Part shown: positions 1 to 6,183 of the stretch, in pieces | How the letters are laid out: each line of letters opens with the position of its first letter | How positions within the stretch are numbered: position 1 is the stretch's first letter | DNA from: a virus | Lineage: Duplodnaviria; Caudoviricetes | Direction: 5' to 3' (one strand) | DNA: 32,853 nt | IMG/VR virus record: IMGVR_UViG_3300012953_007301 | Location: 1-32,853 of that record | Program-made: the position numbers and the translations under genes | The notes under the pieces: generated by a model | Told to the model about the DNA's origin: nothing | Database searches by the model: none | The model's input: only the letters and a program-made list of their open reading frames with translations

Positions 1-174
1 AGAAAGCCAGGCGACCCAAAAACATTTTCTAGCGCTACCTCTATGGAGGCAGCCATAAAACAACTAGAGGCCGGTATCATGGCGGTGTTAGAAGTAATGC
101 CAAGAAGTGAAGTGGTTGAAGAGCTAAGAGAATACGCAAAAGACGTTGCGATGAATCGAAAACTAGGATCGTAA
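1..174 (+). CDS. 3' end of a hypothetical protein truncated by the window edge, probably an upstream member of the array
   Basis: Frame 1 is open from base 1 (RKPGDPKTFSSATSMEAAIKQ...RKLGS) to TAA 172-174, one base before the ATG at 176. Confidence 0.7.
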   Translation, partial: RKPGDPKTFSSATSMEAAIKQLEAGIMAVLEVMPRSEVVEELREYAKDVAMNRKLGS

Positions 175-175
175 A

Positions 176-913
176 ATGAAGATCACTAAGCGACGACTTC
201 GAAAAATTATTAGAGAATCTCTGCTAGCAGAAACAATTAGTCATGAGCGAGAAACAGGCTTGCCATCTGAGTTTGTAGAAGATAATTGGATTCCATGGCT
301 AGCTGAACGTGGTCTTGGTGCCGAGGACTTAGACGATTTAGCGCAATTTACTGGCGCGCCTGATCGCTCTTGGCTTCCTGCTGTGCCTCCCGCCGATGGA
401 ATGGACGGACCGGCAGATCTTGAATTGTGGGCAAGGAACAAAAAAGCTGGAATTAGAGAGGGTGAGATAAAGATTACCAAACGACAGCTCCAAAGAATCA
501 TTCGAGAATCCATCGATGAAATAGACGTCGGAGATAAGTTCGCCATCGGCAAACCAGATTCTCGCGGAACTGATCACTTGTTTCCCGACGGAGGAAGATC
601 TGGCATTGGTAGTCCTGTCGACACGTTTGATAAAGTGGAAGCCCTACAACCTGGCGACAAGATTCTAATCAATAAAAAGCCAAGCATCGTTGTTGACATC
701 AATAGCTTTAATGCCAGCCTCACTTACGTCGCGGATGGCAAAGCTACACTAAAAGATTTAGATTACAGAATGGCAGTACGCTATGATGATGACCCAGCAG
801 ACATGCTACCCGAAATTGAGATTACATATATGGGTAAGGGTCAATTACCTCAGAGGTTACGCCAGCCACCTAGAAAGAAAGGACCAGGACGCTCTTACAG
901 CGTGATGGATTAA
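176..913 (+). CDS. MKITK-leader protein with two leader copies (apparent fusion of two array units)
   Basis: N-terminus MKITKRRLRKIIRESLLAE; second copy IKITKRQLQRIIRESIDE starts at residue 98 (nt 467). Confidence 0.85.
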   Translation: MKITKRRLRKIIRESLLAETISHERETGLPSEFVEDNWIPWLAERGLGAEDLDDLAQFTGAPDRSWLPAVPPADGMDGPADLELWARNKKAGIREGEIKITKRQLQRIIRESIDEIDVGDKFAIGKPDSRGTDHLFPDGGRSGIGSPVDTFDKVEALQPGDKILINKKPSIVVDINSFNASLTYVADGKATLKDLDYRMAVRYDDDPADMLPEIEITYMGKGQLPQRLRQPPRKKGPGRSYSVMD

Positions 914-916
914 ACT

Positions 917-1249
917 ATGAAGATTACAAAAAGACAACTTCGAAGAATCATCAAAGAAGAGAAGGCTAAGCTCTTACGCGAAAGCATGGAAGAACTTCCT
1001 CCTCCTGGAGCTGACCGCAAGTCACCGACTTCAACTGACGCTAACGACCTGGCTTATGTTTATATTCAAGGTGCTGTATACGACGGCTTAGAAGAAATGG
1101 GTCTTGATGAAGGTAGCGCTAATGAAGTTATAAGGCAACTATATAACAGACCAGATATGCTTAAAAAGGCTATAGCTGATGGCCTTAACGATTATAAGAG
1201 AAAGATTGGTATGAGTGGTGGAGTACCAAAACCAAGGAGTAGACAGTGA
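917..1249 (+). CDS. MKITK-leader small protein
   Basis: MKITKRQLRRIIKEEKAKLLRE followed by an unrelated helical cargo; starts 3 nt after the previous stop. Confidence 0.85.
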   Translation: MKITKRQLRRIIKEEKAKLLRESMEELPPPGADRKSPTSTDANDLAYVYIQGAVYDGLEEMGLDEGSANEVIRQLYNRPDMLKKAIADGLNDYKRKIGMSGGVPKPRSRQ

Positions 1250-1602
1250 AAATTACAAAGAACCAATTAAGAAGAATCATCAAAGAAGAGAAGACTCGAA
1301 TCTTAAAAGAACAAGAAGAAACCCGCGAGCAAGCAGATCATCACTGGCCTCGAGTTGACTGGAAGGGTGTTGAAGAGCTTACAGATAAGTGGGTAGACAT
1401 GGAAGAGAAGTCTTGGGACAAAGGTGATACTTCTATGAATCCGGACACAAAGCCTGACAGGGATGCACAAACTTATTGGAATGATCAAGTTGAAGCTTGC
1501 GCAATGGACATGGAAGCAGAAATGATATTAAGAGTAAGAAGAGTGGCTTTGCAAACTATGAAAGAATTCTCTCAAAAACTTATTGAAGGAGAATATTCAT
1601 AA
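1246..1602 (+). CDS. MKITK-leader small acidic protein
   Basis: GTG start overlaps the previous TGA (GTGA); MKITKNQLRRIIKEEKTRILKE. Confidence 0.85.
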   Translation: MKITKNQLRRIIKEEKTRILKEQEETREQADHHWPRVDWKGVEELTDKWVDMEEKSWDKGDTSMNPDTKPDRDAQTYWNDQVEACAMDMEAEMILRVRRVALQTMKEFSQKLIEGEYS

Positions 1603-1667
1603 TGGTTACTTTCTGGGGTTCCCTCATAAGAGGATTACAATTTAAAAAAAGGAAAGACGAAAAATGA
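1602..1667 (+). CDS. 21-aa micro-ORF bridging two array genes (MVTFWGSLIRGLQFKKRKDEK)
   Basis: Its ATG overlaps the upstream stop (TAATG 1600-1604) and its TGA overlaps the downstream start (ATGA 1664-1667). It is too short for the supplied track. Confidence 0.5.
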   Translation: MVTFWGSLIRGLQFKKRKDEK

Positions 1668-1936
1668 AGATCACAGAACAGCAATTACGAAGAATAATCA
1701 GAAAAAAAATCATAAATGAAGAGAGCGAGGATCTTTCCAGCTCCGATTTTATCAAGGGTCTTAAGACCGGCGCTGCCGACATCGCTGCAGGCATGCCAAA
1801 GCAACTTAATGATGATCTCGCTATAGCAATTAAATCTTTAAGCGCCATGGCAAAGTTTGACAAGTCTAAATTTCAAAAAATCAGTAAGTTGATAGCCGAC
1901 TATGCTGTAAATGCTTTAGAGAAAGAGAAGAAGTAA
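1664..1936 (+). CDS. MKITK-leader small protein
   Basis: MKITEQQLRRIIRKKIINEE followed by a helical cargo. Confidence 0.85.
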   Translation: MKITEQQLRRIIRKKIINEESEDLSSSDFIKGLKTGAADIAAGMPKQLNDDLAIAIKSLSAMAKFDKSKFQKISKLIADYAVNALEKEKK

Positions 1937-1946
1937 AGGTAACAGT

Positions 1947-2324
1947 ATGTTGATTTCTGAGCGTAAGCTAAGACAAATAATTAGGGAAGAATTAGAAAAA
2001 GCAGAAACGCAAGATCTGTCGAAGCCTATCCCTATCGACGATCTACGATTTGTAGATGAAGAAGGATATGGCGCTATGATGTTTCCCGGGGTTGGATACA
2101 GTTATTCAGTCAGAGAAAAAAACTTCGAAGCAGAAAAAGAAAAACTAAAAAAGAGGTATGGGGCAGACGTCATGATATCTACTCCGGATCCAAGATACCC
2201 TAAGGTTAAAAAAATTCACAGCGCAAAATTTGATCAAGCGCAATCTAGGGAAAACCAAAATTTTATGCGTCATCAAAGGATGATGAGAAAAGGCTTAGGT
2301 AGAGAGCCTGGGTTAGGGAGTTAA
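1947..2324 (+). CDS. MKITK-leader variant protein
   Basis: MLISERKLRQIIREELEKAE. Confidence 0.85.
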   Translation: MLISERKLRQIIREELEKAETQDLSKPIPIDDLRFVDEEGYGAMMFPGVGYSYSVREKNFEAEKEKLKKRYGADVMISTPDPRYPKVKKIHSAKFDQAQSRENQNFMRHQRMMRKGLGREPGLGS

Positions 2325-2327
2325 AAA

Positions 2328-2639
2328 ATGAAAATCACAAAGAGACAACTTAGAAAAATTATAAACGAGGAGAAGCAAAAGCTTCTTGTTGAAATGGACC
2401 AAAATGCAAACGCGTCCCGGGCGATGGGACTATACGCTAATGTATCAGAAATTGATGCTGTTGAAAATGCAATTGCAGAACTTTTACAGAGCGTTAACCA
2501 AGGCGCGTTTGAAGACATGGGCGATGAAGATGGTGCAGACGAGGCCTCAGCGGCTGTAGTAACGCTCGCTGTCGCTCAATCATTCCAGGGATTGGGCCTG
2601 TTTGAGCAATACCAGGCGTTAATGAGGACGTTAAAGTGA
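2328..2639 (+). CDS. MKITK-leader small acidic protein
   Basis: MKITKRQLRKIINEEKQKLLVE. Confidence 0.85.
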   Translation: MKITKRQLRKIINEEKQKLLVEMDQNANASRAMGLYANVSEIDAVENAIAELLQSVNQGAFEDMGDEDGADEASAAVVTLAVAQSFQGLGLFEQYQALMRTLK

Positions 2640-3166
2640 AGATCACAAAAAGACAACTTCGAAGAATTATTCAAGAAGAGAGAAAAGGTCTCTGGGCGAA
2701 TATTCACGCTAAGAAAAAGCGTGGTGAAAAAAGTAATCCCAATACTAAAGCGTATCAAGATGCTAAAAAAGCAGGTCAAAAAATAAACAAAGAGGCAGAC
2801 AGCATGCACGAAGAGTTCGGCTACAATTCTGACGATCCTAGGGATGAACTAGCTAATCAAATTCGGATGGCTTCTAAAGATGTCCATGGACGAAAAGATG
2901 TCTATGATCTTGAGGGCAAGACCATGGAAGAGCTAGAAGATATACTGTATGATCTTAATGATTCTGACGTCGTTAGATCTCTACAGAGGATGGATAGAGA
3001 TGACATGGAAGATCAGATGGGTAGAGATCAAGAATTATCCAGAGCAGAAATGGCGCCTGGGCGGCAAGGTATGGGTCGACGACCGGGTGGTAGCAAGTCT
3101 CAAAGGCGAATGGAATCAATTCGAAGAATTAAAAGAATTATGAAAGAAGTCTTAAATAATGGTTGA
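2636..3166 (+). CDS. MKITK-leader protein with a basic GLWANIHAKKKRG segment
   Basis: GTGA overlap; MKITKRQLRRIIQEE; basic segment, acidic middle, and a leader-like C-terminal helix IRRIKRIMKEVL. Confidence 0.85.
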   Translation: MKITKRQLRRIIQEERKGLWANIHAKKKRGEKSNPNTKAYQDAKKAGQKINKEADSMHEEFGYNSDDPRDELANQIRMASKDVHGRKDVYDLEGKTMEELEDILYDLNDSDVVRSLQRMDRDDMEDQMGRDQELSRAEMAPGRQGMGRRPGGSKSQRRMESIRRIKRIMKEVLNNG

Positions 3167-3575
3167 GCTTTTGAATACATGTTACCAGAGCCTTATTAAC
3201 GGAAGTGAAGTGTTAGTTGGCTGGATAATCTCCCTCTTGTCTTGGGGTGGTGATTTGATCGTTCACCTGGACGCTAGCTATCCTAGAACAGCTGGCCTGG
3301 TCTTGGGCGTTGCTTTAACTTGGTTGATGCTTCGTAGAGACAAGCACCCATTTATTAGAGCTGTGAGCGCTCCTCTTAAATTAGTTATCGACGTGCTTGA
3401 CCTTGCTTGGGACCACTCTATAGAATTTATAGGCGATACCTTAGGTGTAGTATGGAAATGGTGCCTAGGCCTTTGGAGAGGGCTCGGATCGTGGATTAAA
3501 CGTGGCTGGAGCTGGTGCATCGGATGCTTGGAAAACGCAAAAGCTAAATTGACAAAAGCTAGGGACAGTGAATGA
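3159..3575 (+). CDS. Hypothetical membrane protein (Trp/Gly-rich)
   Basis: Hydrophobic segments VLVGWIISLLSWGG and AGLVLGVALTWLML followed by RR; Trp-rich amphipathic C-terminus; overlaps both neighbours. Confidence 0.75.
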   Translation: MVELLNTCYQSLINGSEVLVGWIISLLSWGGDLIVHLDASYPRTAGLVLGVALTWLMLRRDKHPFIRAVSAPLKLVIDVLDLAWDHSIEFIGDTLGVVWKWCLGLWRGLGSWIKRGWSWCIGCLENAKAKLTKARDSE

Positions 3576-4012
3576 AGTATTTGCTAATTATCTTGCTGGC
3601 TCTTATACCTGCCTGTAATCAGACAGTTGTGAAAAAATGTCAACATGAAATTAGCAAATCAAAATATTCATCTTACCAGGAGGTAGGTGAATTATTAAAG
3701 ACGCAATCACAAGGCCTATCATCGGAAACCATTTATGTGGTTTTTGCCGCTGACTATTGCGGGGCTTGCAAAAAGCTTTTTCGCCTGTTAAAAGACGCAG
3801 GAATAGAAAAAGAAGTAGTGTTTATTGATATTGAAAAAACTTGGGGGTTTTTGTTCTCTAGAGAAATGAATGTCAGTAACGTACCCTCATTAGCGATAAT
3901 CAATAGTAATAAGACAATACAGGTAAGAGAAGGCTTAAACGACGTGTTAATGTACTTAGTAACCCATACGGGAAAGAAAAACAGAATTGAGCTAATTCAG
4001 GGAGTTAAATAA
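3572..4012 (+). CDS. Putative lipoprotein with thioredoxin-like fold
   Basis: Signal-like MKYLLIILLALIPAC (lipobox-like Cys); VVFAADYCGACKK CxxC motif; VFIDIE strand; NVPSL cis-Pro loop. Confidence 0.7.
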   Translation: MKYLLIILLALIPACNQTVVKKCQHEISKSKYSSYQEVGELLKTQSQGLSSETIYVVFAADYCGACKKLFRLLKDAGIEKEVVFIDIEKTWGFLFSREMNVSNVPSLAIINSNKTIQVREGLNDVLMYLVTHTGKKNRIELIQGVK

Positions 4013-4014
4013 TC

Positions 4015-4299
4015 GTGGACTCAAGAGTAAAGAAGTTATTAGAGGAACTGATCAGTGAAGAAATAAATGCTATAGATGCAGTGCTAGATTTCACTCCAGC
4101 TAAAGAGGTAGGTTCATCTAAGATGGCTAAAGCTCAACTCTTTCACATAGCCAAAAATGCGCAGAGTCTTCATGACAGACTGGACGATATGGATGAATTA
4201 CCAGAGTGGGCTAAGAGTAAAATAGCTGTAATCAAATACGCTTTAGATGCAGTGTACGACCACTTCGACTATAAGAAGCATAAGGAAGGTCATGAGTGA
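4015..4299 (+). CDS. Small helical phage protein, paralog of 4494-4781
   Basis: GTG start; MAKAQLFH..A..LHD.L...D.LPEW...KIA.....V.D...YK domain; degenerate leader KLLEELISEE. Confidence 0.8.
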   Translation: MDSRVKKLLEELISEEINAIDAVLDFTPAKEVGSSKMAKAQLFHIAKNAQSLHDRLDDMDELPEWAKSKIAVIKYALDAVYDHFDYKKHKEGHE

Positions 4300-4504
4300 T
4301 AACGAATATCCAGAATTGGATAAAGAGTTAATTGAGATCACTGAAGAAACTGTTGACGAGGAAGAAGACATATTCCCGTTGATTGACTATGAAGACAGCG
4401 GAAAAGAAGATCATGATCACGAGGATCCAATAGAAAAAATATATAGACATGTTCGCGGTAAAATCATATCTATAATCAGGAGCAAAATTAGTTATGAAAA
4501 TTAG
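4292..4504 (+). CDS. Small acidic hypothetical protein
   Basis: Start moved to ATG 4292 (AAGGAAGG upstream); D/E-rich N-half and a basic C-terminal helix. Confidence 0.7.
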   Translation: MSDNEYPELDKELIEITEETVDEEEDIFPLIDYEDSGKEDHDHEDPIEKIYRHVRGKIISIIRSKISYEN

Positions 4505-4781
4505 AATGAGCACCTTAAGAAGGATTATAAGAGAGTGCGCAGGGGATGATATGCCCCAAGAAAGTATGAAGGGAAGAAACCTGGATTACCAAGTACCATC
4601 TGAAGGTAAGCATGCAAAGGGTCATTTGTTTCACACATCACAAGACGCGCTGCGTTTGCACGATATCCTGATGGACGAAGATAACATACCGACCTGGTGT
4701 CTAGAGTACTTAGCTATAGCTAGGCACGGTGTCGGAGTGGTTCATGACTACCTATCATACAAGATTAGTAATAAGAAATAA
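4494..4781 (+). CDS. MKITK-leader variant protein, paralog of 4015-4299
   Basis: MKIRMSTLRRIIREC leader; EGKHAKGHLFH...ALRLHDILMDEDNIPTW...VHDYLSYK domain. Confidence 0.85.
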   Translation: MKIRMSTLRRIIRECAGDDMPQESMKGRNLDYQVPSEGKHAKGHLFHTSQDALRLHDILMDEDNIPTWCLEYLAIARHGVGVVHDYLSYKISNKK

Positions 4782-4848
4782 GTAAAAATAAGACCACATA
4801 TTTATAATTGTAAACCAACAACCAGGCGGAGGGTTTAGAAAGAAACCA

Positions 4849-5304
4849 ATGGACGAAGACAGTAGAATTAAGCGCCTGAGAGAATATGTTCAACTTTACC
4901 TCAGGCGCAATGCAAAGGTAAAAGAAGATGAACAACTTAGAGTACACTTTCTTTCTGAGGAAGGCACTGCTGAATATCGAGCGCGCTCGACTAATAGCGG
5001 TAAAAAATTCTCAAATAGAAAAAGCGCAAAAAATGAACGCGCTACTATCAGAAATAAAAAAAGAAATAAAGTCTCTGAAGAAATAGGCAGAAATCTCCAT
5101 ACTGTTAGGCAAGAGCCACATCAGTTCGATGACGTTCTTACCGACGTAGAGGTTGACTCCTATCCAGTTGAGAATGGCATATATGCTATGGTCGCGACCC
5201 GCGACGGTAAAGAGAAGTATTCAAAAGTCTTTTTGACGCCCGAAGAGGCTGATAATTGGGTTAGGAACACAGCTTACAAACTAAGCAAAGAGTTTACTCA
5301 ATAA
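4849..5304 (+). CDS. Hypothetical protein, basic middle and acidic C-terminal domain
   Basis: GGAGGG upstream; N-terminal IKRLREYVQLYL loosely resembles the leader helix; overlaps the convergent protease gene by 11 nt. Confidence 0.75.
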   Translation: MDEDSRIKRLREYVQLYLRRNAKVKEDEQLRVHFLSEEGTAEYRARSTNSGKKFSNRKSAKNERATIRNKKRNKVSEEIGRNLHTVRQEPHQFDDVLTDVEVDSYPVENGIYAMVATRDGKEKYSKVFLTPEEADNWVRNTAYKLSKEFTQ

Positions 5305-6118
5305 GAGCTTCAATCTTTTGTTGTTGTAGATCTACGAATCTATCCAACGTATCCTGCAAATCTTTGTATTTTATAGAAAGTGACACTTGAGGGAACATTG
5401 AATGTGTCCTTTGCACTATCCCAATTATACTATTAGACTCATCGTAGATTGCACCTCCAGAAGCCCCTGGAGCAGCCGGTATAGTGTAGAATGAGAAGAC
5501 CTTGCTGTCACCAACATAAAGCCCTTTCATAACCGGTACCATCCCGGTATCGAAGATTGACACCGGAGCAGAAACGCTATAATAGTCATCATGCAAAACC
5601 GGTTTGATCTTTGATACTATTGGTATTCTTTTTACTGTTGGATGGATCGCCTTGACAACACAGAGATCATATTTTCTGTTGACATATACAACTTTTCCTT
5701 TGATCTTATGGCCAGTGTAACTCTCTAGTAGTATCTCTGTTTTAACTCTTGAGCCATTAGGTATGTTATCCCATATCTCAAATGCCGGCCCTAGACATAC
5801 ATGGCCTGCAGTCAGGAAGGCGGTGTGGCCTCTATATTTAAAGAAAGTCCCAGAGCCTAGGGCAGCTCGAGCCCCTGCGGATACAAAATTGCAATTTTCT
5901 TTTTTCGTTTTAGGATCTGTCTTGCATTCGTAAGTTATGAGCTCGACAATCGTCTTTACTTGTGCGAAGGCTTTGTGGTGAGGCCTTATTTTCTTGACGG
6001 CCACTGCGCAGCTTGACAGTACCATCAAAGAAAGAGAAGCCAGGAAAGGCACTAAAAATAACCTTTTGATCTTAGTTCTCCTTTTGTCTTGCATAAAAAT
6101 AACTATAGATGAAAACAA
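5294..6118 (-). CDS. Trypsin-like (S1) serine protease, probable lipoprotein
   Basis: Catalytic motifs LTAGHVC (His), YDLC (Asp), PGASGG (Ser); basic N-region, hydrophobic stretch and LSSC lipobox-like site. Start is TTG 6118 or ATG 6094. Confidence 0.85.
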   Translation of the reverse strand: MFSSIVIFMQDKRRTKIKRLFLVPFLASLSLMVLSSCAVAVKKIRPHHKAFAQVKTIVELITYECKTDPKTKKENCNFVSAGARAALGSGTFFKYRGHTAFLTAGHVCLGPAFEIWDNIPNGSRVKTEILLESYTGHKIKGKVVYVNRKYDLCVVKAIHPTVKRIPIVSKIKPVLHDDYYSVSAPVSIFDTGMVPVMKGLYVGDSKVFSFYTIPAAPGASGGAIYDESNSIIGIVQRTHSMFPQVSLSIKYKDLQDTLDRFVDLQQQKIEALIE

Positions 6119-6183
6119 AGATTCTTAAAATTTCAAAAAAAATGACGATAAATGTTTACAATTAAGCATAAAGGAGTTTACGA

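Larger units (their letters stand above)
176..4538 (+). repeat. Dispersed ~45-nt coding repeat for the MKITK leader, nine copies at 176, 467, 917, 1246, 1664, 1947, 2328, 2636 and 4494
   Basis: The copies at 917 and 2636 match at 40 of 45 nt and share the 23-nt run ACAAAAAGACAACTTCGAAGAAT. Other copies differ largely at third codon positions. Confidence 0.85.

Noticed and set aside
1622-1633. Small hairpin CCTC-ATAA-GAGG as a terminator
   Set aside because: The stem is only 4 bp with no adjacent U-run, and it lies inside the bridging micro-ORF.
3159-4012. i-spanin/o-spanin lysis pair
   Set aside because: The lipoprotein has a CxxC thioredoxin-like pattern, the membrane protein lacks a long periplasmic coiled coil, and no endolysin is adjacent.
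176-4538. CRISPR array or integron cassette array explaining the periodic repeats
   Set aside because: The repeats are in-frame coding sequence with synonymous variation, spaced hundreds of bases apart. There are no cas genes, integrase or attC-like intergenic palindromes.
176-4781. Leader as a Sec/Tat signal peptide or RiPP leader
   Set aside because: It has no hydrophobic h-region and no double-Gly site. The bodies are about 75-160 aa rather than short cores, and no modifying enzymes or peptidase transporters are nearby.
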